Origin: the human T2T-CHM13v2.0 reference genome, Homo sapiens
Assembly (NCBI RefSeq): GCF_009914755.1
Contig: NC_060925.1
Reading direction: 5' to 3' (one strand)
DNA: 64,000 bases
Both the position numbers and the translations under genes were made by a program. Positions 37,190-48,990 of the stretch are shown piece after piece; the stretch's first letter is position 1, and each line of letters starts with the position of its first letter. A model generated the notes under the pieces. It was not told where the DNA came from, did no database searches, and saw only the letters and a list, made by a program, of their open reading frames with translations.

Positions 37190-37372
37190 CGTGTGTGTGT
37201 GTATATATATGTGTGTGTGTGTATACATAGATACACACTGTAATATATTATTATCCATATATATGATTATATAATATATATGGATGATAAGAATGGATAT
37301 GGATATATATGGATGTATATACATGTATATATGCATGTATATATGTGTGTGTATATATATATATGTATATAT
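37190..37372. repeat. Compound (TG)/(TA) low-complexity tract
   Basis: Direct reading; replaces the 3' end of the adjacent Alu. Confidence 0.9.
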
Positions 37373-37612
37373 AGTGGGATCTCAGCTAACTGCAGCCTCG
37401 GTCTTCTGGGTTGAAGTGATTCTCCTGCCTCAGCCTCCTGAGTAGCTGGTATTACAGACGTGCACCAGTACATCCGGCTAAATTTTGATTTTTAGTAGAA
37501 CGGGGTGTCACCATGTTAGCCAGGCTAGTCTCGAACTCCTGACCTCAAATTATCCACCCACCTCAGCCTCCCAAAGTGCTGGGATTACAGGTGTGAGCCA
37601 CCAGCCCTGGCC
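37373..37612 (-). mobile_element. AluS lacking its 3' end
   Basis: GATCTCAGCT...TTCTCCTGCCTCAGCC...GTGAGCCACCAGCCCTGGCC. Confidence 0.92.
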
Positions 37613-38569
37613 ATATATATATATATTACATTTTCTCACAAAATTAAGAAACTAGCTTAAAAATTATTTGTATTATTCAAAGTCTTACATCAATCATATA
37701 CGTAGAAATGTGAGGGGGTTTTGACACATAACCCACATTTTCTTTTAACTTAGTACTGTATAAAATCAGTTACCTCTGCTTTTTAGAAGCATAAAAGCTA
37801 AAGTGAAATTGCTTGAAGCATAGAAAAGTGAGAAAACTTTAATGAAGCTTTCAGGATTCACACCTTGTCTTTTCTGAACTGAAAGTCACTCTCGCCTGGG
37901 AATGAATTAGGGTCATTAGGAAGATGAATCCTATTTGTTGCCTGAAATATTACTTTTTATCTGGGTGTGATTTAATTTTGAATCTGGTAAGAATCACACA
38001 TTGATCATATATCCTGTGATACTATGGGGCATCTTAGTAGGAGTTTCAGTTATTATTTCAATTTAGGTGTATGGGTGTGTATTTTTCATTGCCTCAACTG
38101 CATGCTGATCCATATATTTTGATCAAAGAAAAAAAAATATTTGACACATTCGCATCCATAGAAGCCACAGAAGTAGCAACCAATTAAAACAACTTATCAA
38201 ACCGTTGGGGCTGAATCTATTACCTTTAAGAGTGGTGACATCTTTAGATGCTTGGAAGGCTATATGGATTAAAATATTGCATTATAACACCTAAACAATA
38301 ACAATCCAAGTTGAAATATGAAAACTGCTGAATTGTGCTCAGTATTATTTGAGAATCTGAAAAGTAGTCACCTAGAAAAAGAAAGGTAAATTGGAAGTGC
38401 ATAGGCTCTGCCAGAGACTGAAGCTCAACTTTAAATCAAATAACCCCTGAAATTGGATTAAATTGACCCTGAAGTGCTAGGCCAGCAGCACTACAAATTC
38501 CAGAACCAGGTCCATTACTATGTGAACACTAGAGGTATGATAAAAAAAAAAAAGTCACTGAAGAGATGA

Positions 38570-39130
38570 GAAAATAAAGATCTTTAAAGAAATGGGTTAA
38601 TTGGATATGTACATAGAAAAATTAAAACGTGAACCGACCTTACACTATATGCAAAAGTAAATTCTAGATGAATTGTAAATTTGAATTTAGATAAAATATT
38701 AAAAATTAGAAGAAAAAAATGAGACCTCCATGACTTCATGATTGGAAAATGCAGAATATATTTACTTACATTGAAGAAATAAACACACATTTTTGCATAT
38801 ATTAAAATTAAGGACATCTCAGCAAGACACCAAAAATGAACACAATGAAAAACTACAATGTGAAAAGTGACAACATGTATAACTGTATGTGTGTGCACAC
38901 ACACACACACACACACACACTATCACTCCCCTCAGAAAAATAAACAAAACTAATATGAAAGCTGCCGAAAGATTTGGTAACTAATTTTAAAAAGGGGCTT
39001 TCCAAATGGCTAATAAACATAAGAAAAACTATTCAACCTCCTTAATATCCAGGAAAACACAAATTAAAGCTCAGCGAGTTATCATTGTCCACACATAATG
39101 ACACAAAAAGAAAAAGAACAGTGCAAGCTT
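38570..39130 (+). mobile_element. Old L1M ORF2 3' fragment, (CA)n at ~38896-38920
   Basis: ACCTTACACTATATGCAAAAGTAAATTC, CAAATGGCTAATAAACAT. Confidence 0.6.
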
Positions 39131-39139
39131 TTTAACATG

Positions 39140-39536
39140 TAGTGATCAGAACTCAACCAAATACTCCAGGGAAAAGCTCTAAAGCTCTTGGAGCTCTTTT
39201 TCTGTTCGGTTCTTTCTGCAGTACTCTGTCTTGCAAGCTCTAGCAGCTTTGGTTTCCCAGCACCAGTTTAATCTAAACTCTACTCAGGGAGTTTTCTGGC
39301 TCTGTTTGTGTCTACTTTCCTAGATAGAAGTCATAGGGCTTCTCTTAAGGCCGCAAGCTGAGGCAAATGTAGGGCTCATCTTATTTATCTTCCATCTCTC
39401 ATAGAACACCGCAAGGTCACCCTGCTCTCCAATATATCAAAACCATTGTTCTATATATTTTATTTTTTGAAGGGTTGAACCCAATATTGTAGTATATCTG
39501 GTCTTTGTTGCTCCATCTTGGCTAGAAGGAAAAGTA
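39140..39536 (-). mobile_element. L1ME-type 5' end fragment
   Basis: AAGCTGAGGCAAATGTAGGGCTCA...CTCCATCTTGGCTAGAAG. Confidence 0.55.
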
Positions 39537-40407
39537 GTATCACTAATTTCTGAACAATTTTCTACCAGCATCACTAAAAGCAGAAATCTGCTACTGCAAA
39601 TTAGTGAAAAACACTTCTTGATTTTTCATTTCACTTGTCTTTCATTGCTTTCTGAAAGTTGACACCTGTAGCTTTTACTTAATATAATAAAATCAGTCAT
39701 CATCTTCTCCCATTGCTTGCATTCATACTTACAAAATACTTAAAGCCAACTGAACCATCACAATTTTTTGAAGTATATCTGTTTAACTCTGAGAACTATT
39801 ATAAAAATTCATATTGTCCCCTTCAGTTTCATTTGCTTCCATGTCTCAATTATTGTGAAAAGTGATGAAGAATTCTTTAGTACTGATTCAGTGCCACTCT
39901 AAATATGGAAATTTAACATCCTATGTTTTTGTGATAAAAGTTTATCAAATAAAGAAATTTGGACTTCATTCAGTGCTCTCAAAATTGATGCTTTTTTTCT
40001 GATCATTATCTTATACTACATTCAAAATTTCCACTTTGCTAGATGGCAAGTGCATGCCTTCTTCATTCTGCTTGCCTATTATTGAGTGATAACCCTTGAA
40101 GTTGGAGGCCAGGAAGACTTACCACATTCTTTACTCATTCTCTCTTTTAAGAAGATAGTCAGTACTGTTGAGGCCAAATGGGACAGTGGTAGCAATCATA
40201 GGATTTACAAATGGAGAAGGATAAAATGTATGGACCTTGTTGTTTTCCTGGATTGTACAAATCAAAGACAAAAATATATTTTTGAGAAAACAAAGAAAGT
40301 CAAAACAGGGTATTAGATAATACTGCTTTATTTTTATGCTTATTTTGTTGGGTTGTATTATTTTTATATTTTAAATTCTTAACACTTAGAGATACTTACT
40401 AAGTGAC

Positions 40408-40793
40408 TGATATGGTTAGGCTTCCTGTCCTCACCTGAATCTCATCTTGAATTGTAAGTCCCGTAATTCCTATGATCCCCACCTGTTAAGGAAGAGATCA
40501 GGTGGAGGTAATTGAATCATGGGCGCGGTTTCCCGCATGCTGTTCTCATTATGCTGAGTGAGTCTCATTATAGCTGATGGTTTTATAAGGGGTTCTTCCC
40601 CCTTTGCTCGGCACTTCTCCTTTCTGCTGCCTTGTGAAGAAGGTGTCTTGCTTCCTTTTCACTTACTCCATGATTGTAAGTCTCCTGAGGCCTCCACAGC
40701 CATGCTGAACTGTGAGTCAATTAAACCTCTTTCCTTTATAAATTACCCAGCCTTGGGAAGTTCTTTATAGCAGTATGAAAACAGACTAACATA
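40408..40793 (+). mobile_element. THE1 (C/D-like) solo LTR
   Basis: TGATATGGTTAGGCTT...ATTAAACCTCTTTCCTTTATAAATTACCCAG...GACTAACATA; TSD GTGAC/TTGAC. Confidence 0.92.
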
Positions 40794-41032
40794 TTGACTT
40801 ATGAGCCATATGATATGACATATGTGACTGGCCTTAAACCACTCAGCAGAAATGTTAGGTGTTACATTTGAATAGATGAAATAACAAAGGCAGAAATATA
40901 TGATGAAATAAACTTAATTGTAACAAGTTGTCATAGTAACTCAAATGAGTTACAATAGATATTTATTATGACGGTTAAAGTAATTAATAGCTGTATAGAT
41001 TAAAATCACGCCATCAATAATAAAACATTTCT

Positions 41033-41325
41033 GGCTTGGTGTGGTGGCCTATGCCTGCAATTCCATGTCTTTGGGAGGCCAAAGCAGGGAATCACTTGAG
41101 GCCGGGAGTTCAGGACCAGCCTGGGAACAAGACCCTGTCTCTACAAAAAAATTTAAAAAATAAGCTGGGCATTGCGGCACGAAGCTGGCCAGGTAGTCCC
41201 AGCTATTTGGGAGGCTGAGGCAGAAGGATTGTTTGGCCCCAGGAATTTGAAGCTGCACTGAACAATGATCAGGGTCACAGAATGAAATTCTTTCTCAAAA
41301 CATAAGTAAATAAATTAATAATAAT
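41033..41325 (+). mobile_element. AluJ, diverged with deletions
   Basis: Dimer with A-rich linker; degenerate TSD AACATTTCT / AACATATTTCT. Confidence 0.88.
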
Positions 41326-41571
41326 AACATATTTCTATTACTTTCTGTAGCTGAATACCCATTGCTGACCCCTGGTATTTGCTGGTCAAGTTTTCCAGTG
41401 AGAAAATGAAAGTCAAATTTTAATGACATACATTTTTGGATATAGATAAATTAGGAAAAATGTATATAAATATTGCACATTATTGCAATATTTTTAGGAC
41501 AAATTTATTCACAAACATGTTTAAACTAGATTCATTTGTATTTGTTTTAGGTTAAGGGGTACGCCCTTAAT

Positions 41572-41779
41572 CCACGATAGGCAAACCATCCTTGGGCCAA
41601 ATCTGACCTGCCACTCATTCTTAAAATCATATGTATTTGAACATAGCCATGACCATTCACTTATATAGTGTCTGTGGCCTCTTTTTCTGTTACAATGACA
41701 GAAGAAAGTAATTGTGACAGAGACCTTATGATCCACACAACCTAAAATGTTTACACTCTGAAAAATTTGCTGAATCCTG
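41572..41779 (+). mobile_element. MER58A hAT-Charlie MITE
   Basis: GGCAAAC...GGGCCAAATCTG...GACAGAGACC...CCTAAAATGTTTAC...TTTGCTGA..CCTG. Confidence 0.85.
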
Positions 41780-42970
41780 GCTGTCATTTGTTGTTCAAAA
41801 TAAATCTACACTCTCCAGAAAGACAGTATGCATAAGAACTTAAAAGTAAGCTGATTTAATCTTTTTGGAGGGGAAATTTTTGTCAAAGTAACTAATATTT
41901 TGTCATATATCGTAAAAATACAATATTCACTTTTCAAATGTATTATAGCTTTGGAGAAGCCAACAAATATCCAGCTTGACAGGCTAATTAAATATTTTTA
42001 ATGTGATTTTATCCTATTACTCTACTATTTTAGGTATTAAAGCACCATGGGCAACATATTTATTGTAATTATTGTTACATTTTCAAGAAATTGGAAATAG
42101 TAGAAACCATTGATTACCAAGGAACACAAAAATACAGCCAAGATATTTAAAAAACATAAAGACATTTGCAGTATTAGTATATAGTTATGGCTAGAGCTTA
42201 ATTTATAGTTTGTAATTCAGGAAAACCACATCAAAGGAAGATATTTTAATATAAAGAGAAAACTTTTTAACATATGGAATAACTAAGATTATGCTGTCCT
42301 GCATGGTTCATAATGCATGAACTGTCTAAAAGTTAACCTAAGCAAACTGTACAGGTTTAAATCATACCATATTGATGTTTTTAGTTCATTTTTAAAGACT
42401 CAAATGTATGAAGACATGTATGAGCCTAGGGGAATGCTCTTAATTTGTTCATGCAGAGAATACATTTCAGGTTCTCTGATTTCCCAGGCAGATTTTCATT
42501 CATTCTTTAATACCAAGAGACAGTGATTTTTTTTTAAATAGCGAGCACCGTTGCATCAGGATTTTCCTATCTTTTTAATGTTATAAACAGAATACTAATT
42601 TTCTAAAGCTTGATAGGAAGCAAAATTTACCTTATGAAAAAGAATAAATCACAAGTTCCTTTTAGAAATAATCCTCTAAGGATAGTATAGGCAAGTCAAA
42701 TATTTCATGGACAACATCAAATAAAAATAGCTGTTCACAAGAATTAAGACAACAAAGTGTTTGACTTTGGAAAACAAGGAGTATATAAAATTCTTCATCT
42801 AAATGTGTAACTCATCTGTCTTTGTGACTCAACCTCCACTAAAACAGCTGCACAGATTAATGCAGAACTGCTCCATAAGCTAATCTCAGTGTCTCTAAAG
42901 AGAAGAATGCTGCCACACAAGGCCTATGACTCAATAAACCTTCTCCTCTTCAAGATCCTGCCCTGCAGGC

Positions 42971-43183
42971 CCCTCTCTTCCCCTCCCCTCCCCTCCCCTT
43001 CCGTTCCCTTCCCTTCCCTTCTTCTGTTTGTTTTTTCTTTTTTTCTTTTCTTTTTTCTTTCTTCTTTCTTCTTCTTTTCTTCTTTCTTTTTTCTTCTTCT
43101 TTTTCTTTTTTTCTCTTCTCTTTTCCCTTCCCTTTTTCCTTCCCTTCCCTTTTTCCTTTTCTTTCCTTTTTCCTTTCCTTTCC
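42971..43183. repeat. ~210-nt polypyrimidine/polypurine tract
   Basis: Almost entirely C/T; abuts the Alu 3' end. Confidence 0.95.
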
Positions 43184-43477
43184 AGACAGGCTCTCTCTCT
43201 GTAGCTCCTAGGCTGGACTGCAGTGGGGTGATCACTGCAACCTCTAACTCCTGGACTCAACTCAAGTGATCCTCCAGCTTCAGCCTCCCGAGTACTTGGG
43301 ACTACAACTGTGTACTATTCCTGGCTATTTTTTTAATCTAATTTATTTATTTTTTTTGTAGAGATGGGGGTTCTGCTATGCTGCCCAGACTGTTTTCAAA
43401 TTCCTGGCCTGAAGTGATCCTCCTGCCTTGGCCTTCCAAAGCACTGGGATTACAGGTGTGAGCCACCATTCCCAGTC
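43184..43477 (-). mobile_element. AluJ
   Basis: AGACAGG..CTCT, CAAGTGATCCTCC, TTGCCCAG-like, GGATTACAGGTGTGAGCCACC. Confidence 0.9.
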
Positions 43478-43620
43478 TTAATATTAAGTATTTATGGGAT
43501 GCTTCTTGGTCTTATCGGCATAACCATTATTAAATATTAATTATACTTTTGTAGGTTGAATTATTAGAAATTTGGCCTATTTTTAGAACACAAGCCACGT
43601 AAAAATTTATCACATTTTCA

Positions 43621-43697
43621 CTTTTTCTTTTAAATGAAAGCAAGTTTATTAAGAAAGTAAATAAATAAAAGAATGACTACTCCATAGGCAGAGCAGC
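43621..43697 (-). mobile_element. Polyadenylated LTR R-region retrocopy (MER41/LTR8-group-like) with 10-bp TSD
   Basis: Minus strand GGCTGCTCTGCCTATGGAGTAG..AATAAACTTGCTTTCA + A-rich tail; TSD CACATTTTCA at 43611-43620 and 43698-43707. Confidence 0.8.
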
Positions 43698-44509
43698 CAC
43701 ATTTTCAATTATCTTTATCATGTGTTCTATATCAAGTTACTCTGGCTGACTAATTTCCCTAAGTATAATAGTAAAGCTCATGGTGGCATTATCTTAATTT
43801 TTATACTTTCTTGGTATCCTGCTGCTTCTAGAATCAAAAGACAATCTCTGTTTTTCTTGTACATGCCTTGAGTCATTAAATTGATTTTTTATGTACTTAA
43901 AATTAAAAGCACTATATTGTTACTATTCCTACTACTGGTACTACTGCAACTATCCTATGTAATTAGAAAGCATTGCCTTCTTACTAATATTGCTACAATG
44001 TATTTTTACTTCTTTTGGACTTTTTAATGCAAACACCCAACCAAGTGCTCATGTCCTAGTAAAGTAAGAAACATTTTTCTAAAAATAATGCACAGATTTA
44101 CAAAACTTTACATGATAAATATATAAGCTGTCAAAATCATTTGCCATTTTAGAGATCCCTGGATCTGCAAAGCATCTTGTCACAAAGGCATAGCCATTAT
44201 ATAGTCTAGCTTGACTTTATTATTTTAATTATCTAGAAAAAAAAATTTAAATAAATGGAATATAACCAGAGTAGACAAATAGCATGTATACAGCCCTGCA
44301 GACTCACTAAATATTTGTAGGAGGCATATAATCTGATAGTTTAGTCAATTATTCCAATTTGTTGTGGCCCCATCAGAGAGGTTGTTAAATATTTATATTT
44401 TCAATCAGAAATAAATAAGAAATTTTTAATTTTGTCTGAACTCTACATTGAGAGCCAAAAATGTCAGTTTTATGGGAAATTGATAGCCTAACATTCCCTT
44501 ACAAACTCT

Positions 44510-44582
44510 ACCATTTTATAGGTAACACATTAAGACTGGAATGATTAAGTAACTTTAATGATGTCACAAAGCTAAATAGTTT
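44510..44582 (-). mobile_element. MIR core fragment
   Basis: CCATTTTATAGGT...TAAGACT...TTAAGTAACTT...GTCACAAAGCTA. Confidence 0.55.
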
Positions 44583-45021
44583 GTCTACCCTTAATATTGA
44601 TATTTGATATATCATTGAGTAACTCAGTGTCAGTTCAAAAGTTTTGGAAGCATGATTTAGTTTTGTAATATATATGAACATTTATCTTGGCTGTCTGCGA
44701 TTTTTGTGCCCAAGCCTGGAAAGCATATTTTACAAAAACAACTAGCTTTAACACAGAAATATAAGTTGATGTATCAGTGACTTTCCAAGTAACTCAATCT
44801 ATTACTCTTGTATATCTCACCTTATTTAAGGACTTCATAATCACTTGGCTACACCACTGCAAGTATTTCTTATAGTTTCAAGTCTATCTGCCTCAAATCC
44901 ACATAAAATTTACCACTTCAAACTCTTTATAAAGTGAGAAAACACAGAAATCACTCTCCTACTGATAAATACATTAAAACAGTCATCTCTCCCATAGCTG
45001 ATAGAAACGACTTTATGCACA

Positions 45022-45133
45022 GGTATATGTATGTGTGTGTGTGTGTATATATATATAATTATACACAAACACATATACACATGCATACATACATATATAT
45101 GCATATAATATGCACACATACACACACATATAT
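45022..45133. repeat. (TA)/(CA)/(TG) low-complexity tract
   Basis: Direct reading. Confidence 0.85.
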
Positions 45134-45500
45134 GAAAAAATAATGAACTTAAATCCACACTTTGCATGTATACACAAATTAAGCCAAGATAGTCATATAC
45201 CTAAATGGACAACTTCTCCAAGAAATCAAAAGAAAAAAAAAATTATTTGTGACCTTAGGTTAAATGCAATTGATTTCTCTATGACACAAATGACATGATC
45301 CATAAAATAAAAAAATACATAAAACATGATCATAATAAAATAACCTGTTAATTAAATACACTGTTGATAGCATAAGAAGATAACACACAAACTTGGGGTA
45401 AAATATTTGCAAAGCATATATTTAATAATGACTGAAATATATAAAGAATGTTCAAAATATAATTATTCCCTTATCCAATCACAAGGGAAAAATAGACAAA
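45134..45500 (+). mobile_element. Old L1ME ORF2 3' fragment
   Basis: TTTGTGACCTTAGGTTA, AAAATATTTGCAAAGCATATA. Confidence 0.55.
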
Positions 45501-45589
45501 TGTACAGTGTCTTGAAATCTGCATTATATTTGTGTTTTTCAAGATTTGTGTTTTTCAAGATTTTGTTGTATTTCTGTCCAATGCATTTT

Positions 45590-46380
45590 TTATGTTAATG
45601 TTAGATACACGTAGAAAACATATTCATTATAATTGTAAAGTTTAATGAATATAAGTTGAACACCCATGTAAGCATACAAACCAGCTTAATAAATAACTAC
45701 AACTAACAGATCAATGTCAGCATTCCCAAAGCCCTCCATGTGTCTTTTCCTATTCATACTACCTCCTTTCTTTCTAGAGAAGACTACAATCCAAACATCT
45801 ATGCTGATCATTTTGTTTTTATTTTATGTTTACATTCTACGCTTACGTTTCTGAGATATATTTTTTTTCTGTTTTTAAAATGTGTAGATATTACATTATT
45901 TCTTTCTTTCAGTATTTTGTGAGATTCATCCAACTTATTGTTTAGCTGCAGTACAGTGGTCCCCAACCTTTTTGGCACCAGGAACTGGTTTCAAGAAAGA
46001 GAATTTTTCCACCAGTGTGGGGGGTGGGGGTTGTGTAGGGAGTTGGAGAGAGTGGTTTCAGGATGATACAGTTCCACCTCAGATCACCAGCCATTAGATT
46101 CTCATAAGGAGCACGAAACTTATATCCCTCACAAATGGTTCACACTCACTCCTATGAAAATCTAATGCTGCCACTCATACGCCAGGTAATGGAGCTCAGG
46201 CAGTAATGCTTGCTTGGATGCCAATGTCCTCCTGCTGTGCTCCTCAGTTCCCAACAGGCCATGGACCAGTGTTGGTCCTTTTGGCCTAGGGGGTTAGCGA
46301 TCCCTGATGTAGTCCACTTTTTCCTTCTCCGTAATATTCGTTGACTCATTCTCTGAACGGGCGTAACAATTTATATCGTT
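45590..46380 (-). mobile_element. Old L1ME 3' fragment interrupted by MER1B
   Basis: GAACACCCATGTAA, TTGTGAGATTCATCCA...GCTGCAGT | TCCACTTTTTC continuity across the MITE. Confidence 0.5.
45954..46306 (+). mobile_element. MER1B hAT-Charlie element
   Basis: TIRs CAGTGGTCCCCAACC ... GGTTAGCGATCCCTG; CATTAGATTCTCATAAGGAGC; degenerate 8-bp TSD CTGCAGTA/ATGTAGTC. Confidence 0.88.
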
Positions 46381-46825
46381 TTTGTTTTGCCTATTAATGT
46401 TTTTAGCATTTATATTTAGCTGCCAAGTTACTCAGATCAGAAAGGTATATGTTGTTTCTATCTTTCCATTTACTTTAGCTTTCAAAATTACATGCCATTT
46501 TTTATCCTGTTTAGTGCCCTTTTGTTTTAATTTTGTCTTCTTGGACAGGCTACCAGCACTGCATTATTGTGTTTTTACTTGCATAAAACATAATTTCCTG
46601 TATATTTATAGACACCCCTTTGCTTTCAATGTATTTTTTCAAGGAATATTTAGCTATTTTTTTCAACCAATTCCTCACGGTTTTATATACACACACACAC
46701 ATATATATATATTATATATAATATATGATATATAATATAATATATAATATATAATACAAAATATAAAATAATATATATTACATTTTATTTGTATTATATA
46801 TTATTTTATATTTTATATATATATA

Positions 46826-47115
<290 letters not shown>

Positions 47116-47689
47116 TCATCAAGGTTTAATTTTTTAAAGGAGATAATTCAGTCAAAGTCATATGCAGTGTCATAGCTGGTATATTGGAGTATGTTCATCT
47201 AAGATCTTGTTTCTTGTTTTACTTTTTTGTTTAATATTTTTTCTTACCCTTAATTTTTAATGTTTTGTTAGAATTTTGTATCAATTCTTAATTTTTATGT
47301 AATTTATGTAAAATACCCACCTCAGTTTTAATTCTGAAAATGTTTTTATTTCCTATTAAAGAAATTACATTCAAACATATATTTTCCTGTGTAGTCTTAC
47401 AAAAGTGTTCTATTTTTCCACTGCTGATTTAATCTCCCTATGTCGTAATATTTTTAAAACTTTGATTTGTGAATTATAACCCAAGTAATATATGTGAAAC
47501 ACCATTTTCTTCATCACTGTGTTCCCTTTCAAGATATATTTTTGTTGTTGTTGACCAAATTTAGGACTTGTTCCAGTTACTGATGCATGGTCATTCAACT
47601 TGAAATTAACCCTTGTTTCTGCCCGGTGAAAATGGATCTTGGCCCTTAAAATATTTTTTTTTTCTTTTCCCACCTGTCACTGAACCTTT

Positions 47690-47706
47690 GTCAGTAGGGG
47701 GCAGTA
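47690..47706 (+). promoter_or_regulatory. Candidate CTCF motif in the 5' LTR
   Basis: GTCAGTAGGGGGCAGTA vs consensus CCASYAGRKGGCRS (one mismatch). Confidence 0.5.
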
Positions 47707-47849
47707 AAGAGACATGCAAGAGGAAAGGATATTCGTTTCTTAGTTCTGGTGTGCCCACTAGGCATTGTCAGGAATCACTGCACATGGCTTCTCTAGTGCC
47801 CAGCTCCTACAGCATGGACAGTGTCTTTGGCACCTGTGTCATTTAGCAG

Positions 47850-48990
47850 ACACACTTTTGAATTGGCATAGACAAACTGAGCAAACGATAAAATCCCCAT
47901 ATCAACTGACTGACTCATGGCAGGGAGCGTTATGGTAGGCAGCACTAAGTGGAAGCCCCTGGAACTTCCATGCCTTTCCAAGATAATAAATCAGAAGAAA
48001 TAACACACTCTGTGTAGAAATTGAAGAAATTAATTCCATAATAAAAGACTTGAAATAAGCAGGCCTCAGGGTATCTGTCATACTCCCATTTAACTCACCA
48101 GTTGGCCAGTGAAGGAGTCAGATGGGACTTGGAAAATCACTATGAACTATATAATACATTTAATCTATTGGTGACTGCAATCACAGCTACCTTTTCAAGT
48201 GTAGTATTTTTTGTTTTGTTTTGTGTTCATAGCTTTGGGGTTGTTTTGACCACATGTAGTATTTTTTCAGGAACAAATCAAGACAGATCCGGTACTTGTG
48301 CAACTATTGACTTAGCTAATGCTGTTTTCTCTATACTAATTTCCAAAGGCCACCAGAAACATTTTGCTTTAACTGAAAAGTTCCGTCCAACAGTAAAATT
48401 TTACAATGTTGCCTCAAAGCTATGTCAATTGTATCACTCTCCACTCAAATATAGTCCTGAGAGATTCTGATCATTTTGACATTCCATAGAACATTACGCT
48501 GGTCTACTATACTAACTACATTATGCTAATTGTATCTAATGACCAGGAAGTAACAAGTACTTGAAATGTCTTACTAAGAAATATGTGAATAAGACGATGG
48601 GTGATCAACCTTACAAAAATTTAGAAGCCAGCCACCTTAATGAAGTATCTAGGGATTTAGTGGCTGGAGGCAAGTTGAAGTATGCTCTGGAAAGTGGGAG
48701 ATAAGTTTCTACATCTTATATCAGCTACAGGATAAAGAAAGGCAAAATATTTGGTGGGTGTCTTTTTTGGATAGAAGAGGCAACATATACTACAGAGTCT
48801 CCCTAAAGATTTAGCTTTTAGTGAGATTAGAACAAGAAAAATCTCTACAGCAAGGTAAGGTTACAGTACAAGTTGCTGTATGACTTGGGCCTTGCAATCC
48901 AGCAGATCCAATGATGAATGAAATTTGAAGTGTCTGTGTCACGTTCAAATGCTGCATGCAGCTTCTGCCTGAGGTCAGGAGATAAATGGA
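47850..48990 (+). pseudogene. Degenerate ERVL pol (protease end and reverse transcriptase)
   Basis: Translations MVGSTKWKPLELP, PFNSPV..VKESDGTWKITMNY and ATIDLANAVFSILISKGHQKHFAL match remembered HERV-L pol motifs (KAKWKPLELP, FNSPIWPVQK, AIDLANAFFSI); many stops and frameshifts. Confidence 0.85.

Noticed and set aside
42889-43269. F/S-rich and K/R/E-rich ORFs
   Set aside because: Translations of the polypyrimidine tract and Alu.
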